This document shows positions 25,606-34,346 of a stretch of 64,000 nucleotides of DNA, one piece after another. A program made the position numbers and the translations under genes. This DNA comes from an uncultured Clostridia bacterium (GTDB lineage: Bacteria; Bacillota; Clostridia; Oscillospirales; Acutalibacteraceae), in contig CAMVTS010000001.1 in NCBI GenBank assembly GCA_947170465.1, forward strand, positions 3,664 to 67,663. Direction: 5' to 3'. Every line of letters begins with the position of its first letter. Within the stretch, counting starts at the first letter, position 1. Below the pieces are notes generated by a model, which was not told where the DNA came from, searched no databases, and saw only the letters and a program-made list of their open reading frames with translations.

Positions 25606-27267
25606 TTACTTCCTCAGCAGCAGACCGTTTTTCAAATCCTCACGCGCCTGCTTTTTGATGACAAAATGCTGCTTCTTGCCGGTGGCGGTATGGGGCAGCT
25701 CGGTGACGAAGCGGTAATAACGCGGCACCTGATATTTCGAGAGGTTCGGCGACTCTGAGCAGTAATCAAGCAGCTCCTGCACGGTCAGGGTGTCGTCTGC
25801 CTTGATGACATAAGCCGCCAGGCTCTCGCCTCTGGTGCTGTCCGGAACGCCGGTGACGATGCACTCGCTCACCTTCGGATGAAGGTTAATAACCTCCTCG
25901 ATGCGCGCCGGATAGATGTTTTCGCCCTTGGAGATAATCATATCGTCCTTGCGCCCGGCAATCGTGATGAACTGCTTTTCATCCCAGGTGCCGATATCGC
26001 CGGTATACATCCAGCCCTTGTAGAACTTCTCCTCGGTGGACTTGGGATTGTTTACGTAGCAGTAGGTCGACTTCTGCGGACATTTGATGATGATTTCGCC
26101 TTCCTCGGTGTTGTCGGTGGCGACAACGTCGTCCGGCTCCGCTTTTCTGTCGTCGTAGACCTTGACGATTCTCACCTCGTCGTCGGTGCAGGAGCGTCCG
26201 GCAGTACCGGACATCTCCGGCAGGTCAAACGGGCGCAGGAAGGTGTTCCAGAAGGTCTCGGTGGTGCCGTAGCCGTTGAACAGGTTCGGCGTGAGCACCT
26301 TCATAAAGCGGATACACTGCTCCTTTTCGAGCGGACTGCCCATGGTGATAATGCCCTTGAGGGAAGAAATATCCTTCGGGTGCTTCTCCTGCTTGGTCGC
26401 AAGGAGCGTGAGCACCGACGGAACGCCGGTCAGGAAGGTGATTTGATAAGTCTCCACGTATTTCAGCGTGACCTTGGGGTTAAAGGTTCTCATAATCACC
26501 ACTGCGCCGCCGACATAGAGCGTCGGAGTCGGACCGCCGGAATGTAAGCCGCCGCGATGGAACCACGGGGTCATGTTCATGGTGATATCGGTGGGATTGA
26601 GGGGGAAGTGCATAATCACGTCATGCGCCGAAAGCACCTCGTTGACGTTGTTGAGCGGTACGCCCTTGGGAGTACCGGTTGTGCCGGAGGTCTGCAAACG
26701 GACAATCTCGTCGTAGATGTGCGGTGCAAAATCAACCGGCGGGTCGTTCTCGTCCGCGCTTTCTACATAGTCCTCGTAGAGTATATGACCTTCGGGAGCG
26801 GCAAAGTCCTTGACGGAATGATTGACCGCTACGACCACGTCGGGCTTGTGGGTGCAGAGTGAGAGCGCCTTCACAGCGGTTTTCGCCATTTCCGCGTCAT
26901 AGATATAGACGCGCGGCTGGTTATGGTTGATAATCTCGGCGGTCTCGCCGGGAGAGAGATTGAAGTTCGCCGGATTGATAATCGCGCCGATTTTCTGTGT
27001 GGCGATATAGGCGAAGAGAAACTCCGGCGAGTTGAACAGCTGCATAAACACCACGTCGCTCTTTTTCACGCCGTCCGCCTTCATGCGGTTGGCAAGGCGG
27101 TTGGCTTCAGTATTCAGCTGCTTGTAAGACCATTCGCGGTTTTCCGCCGGAAAAATCGCCGCCGGACGATAGCCAAAACGGCGCACGTTGCGCATAAAGC
27201 CGTTCAGCCAGGTAAATTCGCTTTCAAAGGTTTCCTGAAACATGGAAATATCGTAGGTATAAGCCAT
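25606..27267 (-). CDS. AMP-dependent acyl-CoA synthetase/ligase (class I adenylate-forming)
   Basis: 553 aa. TSGTTGTPKGV, GYGTTE, YTGDIG, GRKDDMIISKGENI. Confidence 0.9.
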   Translation of the reverse strand: MAYTYDISMFQETFESEFTWLNGFMRNVRRFGYRPAAIFPAENREWSYKQLNTEANRLANRMKADGVKKSDVVFMQLFNSPEFLFAYIATQKIGAIINPANFNLSPGETAEIINHNQPRVYIYDAEMAKTAVKALSLCTHKPDVVVAVNHSVKDFAAPEGHILYEDYVESADENDPPVDFAPHIYDEIVRLQTSGTTGTPKGVPLNNVNEVLSAHDVIMHFPLNPTDITMNMTPWFHRGGLHSGGPTPTLYVGGAVVIMRTFNPKVTLKYVETYQITFLTGVPSVLTLLATKQEKHPKDISSLKGIITMGSPLEKEQCIRFMKVLTPNLFNGYGTTETFWNTFLRPFDLPEMSGTAGRSCTDDEVRIVKVYDDRKAEPDDVVATDNTEEGEIIIKCPQKSTYCYVNNPKSTEEKFYKGWMYTGDIGTWDEKQFITIAGRKDDMIISKGENIYPARIEEVINLHPKVSECIVTGVPDSTRGESLAAYVIKADDTLTVQELLDYCSESPNLSKYQVPRYYRFVTELPHTATGKKQHFVIKKQAREDLKNGLLLRK

Positions 27268-27285
27268 AATAACCTCCGTAAAAAA

Positions 27286-28518
27286 TTATTTTGCAGGATT
27301 GTACTTGCCCACTATAATGCTGGAATTCTGACCGCCGAAGCCGAAGGCGTTGGACATTGCGTGGTCAATTTTCGCTTTTTTTGCGGTGTTGGGTACAAAG
27401 TCAATGCCTTCACATTCCGGGTCAACCTCATGCAGGTTGATAGTAGGCGGAAGCGTGCCGGTTTCAATCGCCTTGATGCAGGCAATCGTCTCGGTGATGC
27501 CGCCGGCGCCCATCATGTGACCGGTAGCGCCCTTGGTAGAGCTGACGTAGGGGAGCTTGCCGGTGAATACCGCTTTAATCGCACCGGTTTCCACGGCGTC
27601 GCCCTTGTTGGTGGCGGTGCCGTGGGCGTTGACGTAGCCGATGTCGTCCGGCGAGAGTCCGGCTTCCGCCAGCGCCTGCTTCATGCAGGCGATAGCGCCT
27701 CTGCCCTCGGGATGGGGAGCCGTGACATGGTGCGCGTCGCAGGTGTTGCCGCAGCCCTCAATCACGCCGTAGATTTTGGCGCCTCTCGCGAGCGCGTGTT
27801 CCTCGGTTTCGAGCACCAGCGCGCCGCCGCCTTCACCGATAACAAAGCCGTCTCTTGTCACATCGAACGGTCTGCTCGCGGTTTTTGGGTCGTCGTTTCT
27901 GCGGGAGAGCGCCTTGGCGTTTGCCAGCGAATAGATGACAAGCGGACAGAGCACCGATTCCGCGCCGACAGCCAGCATCGCGTCCGCCTTGCCGGTCTGC
28001 ATACACATCATCGCGGTGTTAATCGCGTCGCCGCCGGAGGAGCAGGCGGTGCTGACCGTAAAGCTCGGTCCCTGGATATTGTAATCAATGGCGATATTCG
28101 CCGCGGCGATATTACCGAGAATCTTCGGAATAAAACGCGGACCGACCTTCTTGTGAGAAGCGCCGGAGAGCGCCTCCTGTGTAAAGGCGGTGGTAGCTAC
28201 GCCGCTCATGGCGGTGCCCATAATAATGCCGGTGCGCTCCGGCTCTATCTCCAGTCCGCTCTGCTTCAGCGCTTCCTCAGCGGCAATATAGGCGTACTGC
28301 ATAAAGGGGTCGGTCTTGCGGATTAAATCCTTTTCGAGGTAATCGGAAGGGTTGAAATCCTTGATTTCTCCGGCAATCTGAACAGCCAGCTCCGAGGAAT
28401 CAAAGGTCTTGATCGTGTCAATACCGGACGCGCCGGCAATCAGGTTGTTCCAGTAAGCGTCAACGCCGATTCCCACCGGTGTAACGGCGCCCATGCCTGT
28501 GATGACAATTCTTTTCAT
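27286..28518 (-). CDS. fabF: beta-ketoacyl-ACP synthase II
   Basis: 410 aa. Active-site STACSSGG, HGTATNKGD and GHMMGAGG (Cys-His-His). Confidence 0.9.
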   Translation of the reverse strand: MKRIVITGMGAVTPVGIGVDAYWNNLIAGASGIDTIKTFDSSELAVQIAGEIKDFNPSDYLEKDLIRKTDPFMQYAYIAAEEALKQSGLEIEPERTGIIMGTAMSGVATTAFTQEALSGASHKKVGPRFIPKILGNIAAANIAIDYNIQGPSFTVSTACSSGGDAINTAMMCMQTGKADAMLAVGAESVLCPLVIYSLANAKALSRRNDDPKTASRPFDVTRDGFVIGEGGGALVLETEEHALARGAKIYGVIEGCGNTCDAHHVTAPHPEGRGAIACMKQALAEAGLSPDDIGYVNAHGTATNKGDAVETGAIKAVFTGKLPYVSSTKGATGHMMGAGGITETIACIKAIETGTLPPTINLHEVDPECEGIDFVPNTAKKAKIDHAMSNAFGFGGQNSSIIVGKYNPAK

Positions 28519-28612
28519 GGTTCATAACTCCTTACAAATCGGACTGCGGCGTGATCGGCACCGCAATCAAAAAATAGCTATTTACATTTTGCATATTGTT
28601 ATGCTATAGTAG

Positions 28613-28699
28613 ATTATAGCAGAGATTTCCGGATTACACAACCGTTGCGATAATGCAACTTTTCATATTTTTGGATAATATTATGCAGAAACTGCATAA
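28613..28699. promoter_or_regulatory. divergent control region: fabF-operon promoter plus LysR-type palindromes
   Basis: Minus-strand TTGTGT(28641..28636)-17-TATAAT(28618..28613) with TG extension. GTTGC-N6-GCAAC at 28644-28659. ttatgcag-aaa-ctgcataa at 28681-28699 contains a T-N11-A box. Confidence 0.5.
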
Positions 28700-28720
28700 A
28701 TGAAAGGCAGGAGTTTTTTC

Positions 28721-29623
28721 GTGGACATCATCCAGCTCGAATGCTTTGTCACGGTAGCGCAGACGCTGAATTTTTCCGAGGCGGCACGCCGTCATTACGT
28801 GTCGCAGTCCACTATCAGCCGTTATATCGCCGATTTGGAAAAGGAGTTCGGCGTGCAGCTTTTTACGCGGTCGCACCGCGACGTCATCATTACCAACGAG
28901 GGCAAAACCCTGCTGCCTTACGCGCTGGAGATGACCGATACGCTCCGCAAGGCAAAGCGCGTTATTCGTGAGCTGCACGAGGGAGGAACGGGAAAGATGA
29001 CGGTCGGCTGCGACGTGACCTCGGTGTGGTTTCCGTCAAAGTGCATAGCCGATTTCAACCGCCGCTATCCCGGCATCACCATAGAGCTGAAAAGAATCGA
29101 TGCCGCTGACAGAGCGCAGGCGATTACCGGCGGTGAGTACGATTTTTGCTTTATGCCGCGTGATATGGTGCCGGAAAGCTCCGGCATTGAAACGCTCATC
29201 ACCCATACCGAGCCGCTGGTGCTGGTTGCCGCCGGAAAGAACCGCTTTAAGGGCAAAAGCATCAGTCTGTCCGTTTTGCAGGACGAGCAGCTGGTGCTGC
29301 TCTCGGAATCCGCCGCGCCGATTCTCTATATGGAGGTGATGGATTTGCTGCGCACCTTCCACCTGTCGCCGCATACGGACAATTCCTATTCCGATCTGGT
29401 TTCCTTATATATGGCGGTTACCTCCGGCATGGGCGTTTCCGTTTTGCCGCGTTCCGTCGCGAAAGGCTATGCCCGGACACTTTCGCTGGAAATTGAGGAC
29501 GCCGACACCGGCGTCGCCTATGCCATGGCTTGGGCAAAAAATATCGCCAACCCGATAGCGCGGCTGTTCATCCGTACCGTTGAACAGTATGCCGAGGGCG
29601 GCGACGACCTCTATGACTTATAG
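28721..29623 (+). CDS. LysR-family transcriptional regulator
   Basis: HTH FSEAARRHYVSQSTISRYIADLE. GTG 28721 is preceded by AGGAG (track start ATG 28700). Confidence 0.85.
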   Translation: MDIIQLECFVTVAQTLNFSEAARRHYVSQSTISRYIADLEKEFGVQLFTRSHRDVIITNEGKTLLPYALEMTDTLRKAKRVIRELHEGGTGKMTVGCDVTSVWFPSKCIADFNRRYPGITIELKRIDAADRAQAITGGEYDFCFMPRDMVPESSGIETLITHTEPLVLVAAGKNRFKGKSISLSVLQDEQLVLLSESAAPILYMEVMDLLRTFHLSPHTDNSYSDLVSLYMAVTSGMGVSVLPRSVAKGYARTLSLEIEDADTGVAYAMAWAKNIANPIARLFIRTVEQYAEGGDDLYDL

Positions 29624-29677
29624 AGACTTGCGTAAATGCCGAACTTGTATTATAATGGAATCAAAGGAGATGGTTGC

Positions 29678-29878
29678 ATGACGAACAGAGAACTCGCGCG
29701 GAAACTGATAGAAAAAATGCCGGAGGACAAGCTCGCGCAGACGGTGGCTGTCTTGCAGGATATATACTTCGGCGACGAGCTGCCCAAGCCGAAAGCGCCG
29801 CAGCCGGCGGAACAGAAGGAGGGTTACATTTCTTTGGAAGAAGCCATGACCCTCGCCGTGTATTTGTGTCACAAATAA
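29678..29878 (+). CDS. small hypothetical protein (66 aa)
   Basis: MTNRELARKLIEKMPEDKLAQTVAVLQDIYF... RBS AAAGGAGATGG. Followed by the hairpin ccccgg...ccgggg. Confidence 0.4.
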   Translation: MTNRELARKLIEKMPEDKLAQTVAVLQDIYFGDELPKPKAPQPAEQKEGYISLEEAMTLAVYLCHK

Positions 29879-30004
29879 CCCTATAACCCTCCCCGGCTCA
29901 GTTGATGGACCGGGGCTTTCTCCATGAAAAAATGGAAATTATATTGAAAAAATTAGGCAATTATGATACAATATTACCCTAAAATATGTTTTAGGAGGAT
30001 GATT

Positions 30005-32017
30005 ATGGTTAGAAAATTGCTTGCTCTGTTGCTGGCGCTGACGCTTTGCTTTGCAGCGCTGCCTGTTGCGGTTCAGGCAGCGACAAAAACCGGCGACAGC
30101 AACGGCGACGGTTCAGTGACCGTCATGGACGCTACAATGATTCAATACTACGTTGCGGAGCTCATTTCCGAATCGGAGGTCGACCTCAAGGCTGCCGATA
30201 CCGACGGAGACGGCGCGATTACCATTCTGGACGCGACCCGTATTCAGCTTGTGGTTGCCGAGCTCGAAGTTTTTGATGACGAAGAAACGGCTATTGACGT
30301 CTGTCTCGGCAGCGAGCCGGGAACGCTTGACCCGGCACTTAATTCCAGTGTCGACGGACTGACGATGCTGACGCATCTTTTCTCCGGACTCGCCAAATGG
30401 ACGCAGAAGGAGAACGGTACGCTTGAGATTGCTCCCGACGCCGCCGAGGAGCTGGTCGAGGGCGTTCAGAACAAGGACGGTACCGTGACCTATACCTACA
30501 CCCTGCGCGATGGTCTCAAATGGTCGGACGGTCAGGCTGTCAGGGCGGCTGATTTCGAATTCGCATGGCAGCGCGCTGCTTCTGTGGCGCTTGAAGCGGA
30601 CTACAGCTATTTGTTTGAGATTGTGGACGGCTTTGATGAAATCTGGGCAACAGACATGGATGGCAATCCCGTCAATCCCGGCGCGAAGCTGAATGTCACC
30701 GCGCCGGACGACAAAACGCTTGTTGTCACCTTGTCCGACGATGTTCCGTACTGGAACGAATTGCTTGCTTTCCCGACGTTCTTCCCGGTTCGCGAGGACA
30801 TCGCCGATAATGAAAGCTGGGCAGACGAAGCAGGCACATTTGTCTGCAACGGTCTGTATACGCTTGACAGCTGGGAGCACGGTTCGCTCATCACGCTGCA
30901 GAAAAACGGGGAACATCCCGGCGCCGGTCAGGTGACGATGGATACTATCCGTTTCCATCTCTCCGACGACGGCGAGGAATTACTCAGCAACTTCACGAAC
31001 GGGAATTGGTTATTCATTGATGATATGCCAATCAATGAGCTCCCCTCCGTTAAGGAGACATATCCCGAAGCGTTCCATACGGCAGGACAGCTCGGCACCT
31101 ATTATTTGAGCTGGAACTGCAATACGCAGCTTCTCCCCGAAGACTCCGGCCTCACAGGCGCAGCGGCTGAAAAGGCACGCGCGGAAATCCGTCAGGCGCT
31201 GTCGCTGCTGATCGACCGCAACTATATCGTCAACGAGATTACGCTGGGAGGACAGCTTCCCGCTTCTTCCTTTGTGGCGATGGGTATGACCGACGCCGAC
31301 GGAACGGAGTTCTGCCAGAACTGCGGCGTCAGCTCAGTGTTCGACGGCTACTTTGACACTTCTGCGCAAGCCTACGGCACCAACGTTGAAAAGGCAATCG
31401 AGACGCTCAAAAAATACTATGACTATGATGAAAAGACCGAAAAGTTCACCAATGCTCCGGAGTTGACCTATCTGTTCAACAACTCAGCCGGACATCAGCG
31501 AATCGGTGAGTATATCCGTGATGTATTTGGCGGTATCGGCATCTCTGTGTCGCTTGAAAGCATGGATTGGATGACCTTTCTCTACAGCCGGATGGACGGC
31601 AGCTTCTCGTTTGCGCGCGGAGGATGGCTTGCCGACTACAACGATCCAATCACCTTCCTTGATATGTGGACAAGCGATTCCGGCAACAACGACGCCCATT
31701 TAGGCAGGGAGGCGCATGCAAGCGTCGCCGCGTATGACCTCGACCTCACGCCCTATGGCTGCGACGTCAGGATTGAGAACGGCACATGGCAGCAGACCTA
31801 TGACCGCCTGATTTCCGTCATCAAGTCCTGCAAAGACAAGGACACCCGTTACAAGCTCATGCACCTTGCCGAGGATATGCTGATGAGCACCGGCTGCATT
31901 ACGCCGATCTATTTCTATACCGATATCTACATGCTGAACCCCGCGGTGAAGGGCTTCTTCTCCAATCCTTTGGGTTGTAAGTTCTTTATGTACGCCACGG
32001 TCGGAAAACCAGCATAA
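30005..32017 (+). CDS. secreted dockerin-fused family-5 (OppA/DppA-type) solute-binding protein
   Basis: Signal peptide MVRKLLALLLALTLCFAALPVAVQA. Dockerin repeats DSNGDGSVTVMDATMIQ and DTDGDGAITILDATRIQ at nt ~30092-30265. Then an SBP_bac_5-like body. AGGAGG RBS before ATG 30005. Confidence 0.85.
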   Translation: MVRKLLALLLALTLCFAALPVAVQAATKTGDSNGDGSVTVMDATMIQYYVAELISESEVDLKAADTDGDGAITILDATRIQLVVAELEVFDDEETAIDVCLGSEPGTLDPALNSSVDGLTMLTHLFSGLAKWTQKENGTLEIAPDAAEELVEGVQNKDGTVTYTYTLRDGLKWSDGQAVRAADFEFAWQRAASVALEADYSYLFEIVDGFDEIWATDMDGNPVNPGAKLNVTAPDDKTLVVTLSDDVPYWNELLAFPTFFPVREDIADNESWADEAGTFVCNGLYTLDSWEHGSLITLQKNGEHPGAGQVTMDTIRFHLSDDGEELLSNFTNGNWLFIDDMPINELPSVKETYPEAFHTAGQLGTYYLSWNCNTQLLPEDSGLTGAAAEKARAEIRQALSLLIDRNYIVNEITLGGQLPASSFVAMGMTDADGTEFCQNCGVSSVFDGYFDTSAQAYGTNVEKAIETLKKYYDYDEKTEKFTNAPELTYLFNNSAGHQRIGEYIRDVFGGIGISVSLESMDWMTFLYSRMDGSFSFARGGWLADYNDPITFLDMWTSDSGNNDAHLGREAHASVAAYDLDLTPYGCDVRIENGTWQQTYDRLISVIKSCKDKDTRYKLMHLAEDMLMSTGCITPIYFYTDIYMLNPAVKGFFSNPLGCKFFMYATVGKPA

Positions 32018-32045
32018 TGCGCGTATTGTTTTTATAAAACCTACG

Positions 32046-32073
32046 GGAGCAGTCGGTTGACTGCTCCTTTGTC
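32046..32073 (+). terminator. terminator of the dockerin-SBP gene
   Basis: ggagcagtc-ggtt-gactgctcc followed by tttgtctg. Confidence 0.55.
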
Positions 32074-32083
32074 TGCGGAAAAG

Positions 32084-32119
32084 GTACAAAAAAGAGGGAA
32101 AGGATTTCTCCTTTCCCTC
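32084..32119 (-). terminator. terminator of rubrerythrin
   Basis: On the minus strand: gagggaaagga-gaaa-tcctttccctc followed by tttttt. Confidence 0.65.
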
Positions 32120-32140
32120 AAAATTTTTCTCGTTATTGTT

Positions 32141-32689
32141 TTACTTACCGAAATATCTCTTGAGCAGTCCCTTGAAGCCTGCGCCGTGTCTTGCTTCGTC
32201 CTTTGCCATCTCGTGAACGGTGTCGTGGATAGCGTCCAGACCGGCAGCCTTTGCCTGCTTTGCGAGAGCAAACTTGCCTTCGCAGGCGCCTGCTTCCGCG
32301 TCAGCGCGCATCTGGAGGTTCTTCTCGGTGCTGTCGGTCAGCACTTCGCCGAGCAGCTCCGCAAAGCGGGAAGCGTGGTCAGCCTCCTCAAACGCGTATC
32401 TCTTGAATGCCTCGGCAACCTCGGGATAACCCTCTCTGTCAGCGACTCTTGCCATCGCGAGATACATACCGACCTCGCTGCACTCGCCTTCAAAGTTGGC
32501 TCTCAGTTCCTTGATGATATCCTCGCTGGTGTCGTGCATTTTGCCTTCGCCCAGTACATGAACGGTAGCGTACTCAGCCTCAGCCTCCATCTTCTTGAAC
32601 TTCTCAGCCGGCTGCTTGCAGATCGGGCACTTCTCGGGGGGCTGATCTCCCTCGTGAACATAACCGCATACGGTACAAACCCATTTCAT
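32141..32689 (-). CDS. rbr: reverse rubrerythrin (N-terminal rubredoxin-like CxxC...CxxC, C-terminal diiron ferritin-like domain)
   Basis: [27 protein letters not shown], then a four-helix ExxH diiron region. Confidence 0.9.
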   Translation of the reverse strand: MKWVCTVCGYVHEGDQPPEKCPICKQPAEKFKKMEAEAEYATVHVLGEGKMHDTSEDIIKELRANFEGECSEVGMYLAMARVADREGYPEVAEAFKRYAFEEADHASRFAELLGEVLTDSTEKNLQMRADAEAGACEGKFALAKQAKAAGLDAIHDTVHEMAKDEARHGAGFKGLLKRYFGK

Positions 32690-32862
32690 TGTATATTTCC
32701 CCTTTCATATAGTATACAAAATTTCAGAGAATGATTTCTCCAATTTGAACTATCTTACCATATAAATCGCACAATTTAATTGCGCAAAAGAATTAAAATA
32801 AAGTTTGCCGCTGCTTACTCACTCTTTCGCAAATCCGGCATAGTATGGACTGAAATTTCATC

Positions 32863-33432
32863 ATGAAAGGGTGCTTTTTTATGCCGAAAATCTATCTCAG
32901 TCCGTCCGCGCAGGAGTTCAACCGCTATGTCGACGGCGGCACCGAGGAATACTACATGAACCTGATAGCCGACGCGATGGAGCCTTACCTGACCGCCAGC
33001 GGCATCGAATTTGACCGCAACGATCCGCAGCAGTCTCTCGGTCAGATTATCAGCGACGCGAACGGGCAGGCTTACGACCTGCATCTGGCGATTCACAGCA
33101 ACGCCTCGCCACAGGGACAGGAGGGCAAAAACACCGGCACGCAGATTTATTACTACCCGACCAGCACGCGCGGCAAGCGATTTGCCGATTTGATTGAAAA
33201 GAGCTACAAGCCGATCTACCGCGAGCCGATGAACGTGCGGACGATTCCGACCGCGAATCTCGCCGAGCTGAAACAAACCAAAGCCCCGGCGGTGCTGATT
33301 GAGACTGCCTTTCACGACAACCGTGACGACGCGACATGGATCCGCAACAATATCGACACGATTGCGCGCGCCTTATCGCAGGCGGTCGCGGAATATCTCG
33401 GCGTGCCGTTCAAGGAAATGATGATGAAATAA
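32863..33432 (+). CDS. N-acetylmuramoyl-L-alanine amidase (Amidase_3 family)
   Basis: LAIHSNA...TQIYYY...PAVLIETAFHDN. An alternative ATG at 32881 is possible. Confidence 0.8.
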   Translation: MKGCFFMPKIYLSPSAQEFNRYVDGGTEEYYMNLIADAMEPYLTASGIEFDRNDPQQSLGQIISDANGQAYDLHLAIHSNASPQGQEGKNTGTQIYYYPTSTRGKRFADLIEKSYKPIYREPMNVRTIPTANLAELKQTKAPAVLIETAFHDNRDDATWIRNNIDTIARALSQAVAEYLGVPFKEMMMK

Positions 33433-33493
33433 AAACAATTGCTTTCTTCTCTGAATTGCGCTATAATAAGAAAAAAACCAAGGAGTGTGCGCT

Positions 33494-34156
33494 ATGACAG
33501 AGGAACTCAAAGCAAGAATTGACAAAACCATGCAAAATCTCCGCCGCAACAAGATGGAGCCGTATTTCTGCGAGACCAAGGAAGAAGCCTGCGAGCTGGT
33601 CAGAACCCTGATTCAGCCGGGAGATACGATTTCCAGCGGTGGTTCCGTGACCTTGAAGGAAACCGGCGTGTACGATATCATCACCTCGGCGGATTACAAT
33701 TACCTCGACCGTTCCCGTCCGGGAATTACACGCGAGGAGGTAGAGGAGGTCTACCGTCAAACGTTCAGCGCGGACGCGTTTTTTACGAGTACCAACGCCC
33801 TGACCGAAAACGGCGAGCTGTACAACGTTGACGGCAATTCCAACCGCGTCGCCGCGATTCTATACGGCCCCAAGAGCGTCGTCGTCATCTGCGGCGTGAA
33901 CAAAATCGTCAGCAATATTGACGAAGCCATTGAACGTGTCAAGACCAAGGCAGCGCCGCCGAATACCGTCCGTCTCGGCATTGACACCTACTGCGCCAAG
34001 ACCGGCAAGTGCGTTTCGCTCAACAAAGAGAATCCCGAGCTGTGCGAGGGCTGTCACGGCGACGGCAGAATTTGCTGCAACTATGTTGTCTGCGCCCAGC
34101 AGCGCCACGTCAACCGCATCAAGGTTATCATCATCAACGATACTTTCGGCTATTAA
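33494..34156 (+). CDS. LUD-domain (lactate-utilization LutC/YkgG-like) protein
   Basis: SGGSVTLKETGV...ENGELYNVDGNSNRVAA...VIICGVNKIV. AAGGAG RBS before ATG 33494 (track start GTG 33485). Confidence 0.75.
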   Translation: MTEELKARIDKTMQNLRRNKMEPYFCETKEEACELVRTLIQPGDTISSGGSVTLKETGVYDIITSADYNYLDRSRPGITREEVEEVYRQTFSADAFFTSTNALTENGELYNVDGNSNRVAAILYGPKSVVVICGVNKIVSNIDEAIERVKTKAAPPNTVRLGIDTYCAKTGKCVSLNKENPELCEGCHGDGRICCNYVVCAQQRHVNRIKVIIINDTFGY

Positions 34157-34163
34157 GGAAAAA

Positions 34164-34188
34164 CCTCCTGCGGGTTCACCGCAGGAGG
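34164..34188. terminator. shared bidirectional terminator
   Basis: cctcctgcgg-gttcac-cgcaggagg, with a T-run on the minus side. Confidence 0.6.
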
Positions 34189-34198
34189 CTTCTGAAAA

Positions 34199-34303
34199 TT
34201 ATTCGCAGTTGGTGGTCTGCTTGTTGTCGCAGTTCTGTGTAGAACCCTGCTTTTTGTCATTGCAGTTCTGCGTGCTGTTCTTCGTATTCTGCTTCTTGCT
34301 CAT
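34199..34303 (-). CDS. 34-aa hydrophilic Cys-repeat peptide
   Basis: MSKKQNTKNSTQNCNDKKQGSTQNCDNKQTTNCE. AGGAGG RBS 7 nt upstream of ATG 34303. Has its own terminator. The track ORF extends to 34384. Confidence 0.5.
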   Translation of the reverse strand: MSKKQNTKNSTQNCNDKKQGSTQNCDNKQTTNCE

Positions 34304-34346
34304 GTTCACACCTCCTGTCGTTGTACCAATAGTATGAACCGAAAAA

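Noticed and set aside
26923-28326. 467-aa plus-strand ORF across the ligase/fabF junction (also 25186-25758, 25879-26547 and 26557-26862).
   Set aside because: These are antisense to genes with unmistakable catalytic motifs (TSGTTGTPKG; KAS Cys-His-His). They are Arg/Gly/Ala-rich and span an intergenic gap of the real operon.
29674-29886. 70-aa alternative-frame ORF overlapping the 66-aa small protein.
   Set aside because: It is an Arg/Ala/Gly-rich frame without an RBS. The other frame has AAAGGAGATGG before its ATG and a more protein-like sequence, although even that call is low confidence.
29888-29920. ccccggctcagttgatggaccgggg resembles a tRNA D-arm/acceptor fragment (GCTCAGTTG).
   Set aside because: It is only a 6-bp hairpin followed by cttt. 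No anticodon or T-arm can be built around it. It is interpreted as a weak terminator.
30113-30958. Antisense or alternative-frame ORFs inside other core genes: 30113-30958, 34782-35540, 41014-41715, 42043-42960, 48657-49460, 50435-51442, 52108-52791, 57273-58070 and 61241-61960.
   Set aside because: Each is fully nested in or antisense to a gene with strong family signatures. All have Arg/Gly/Pro-rich or otherwise non-protein-like sequences.
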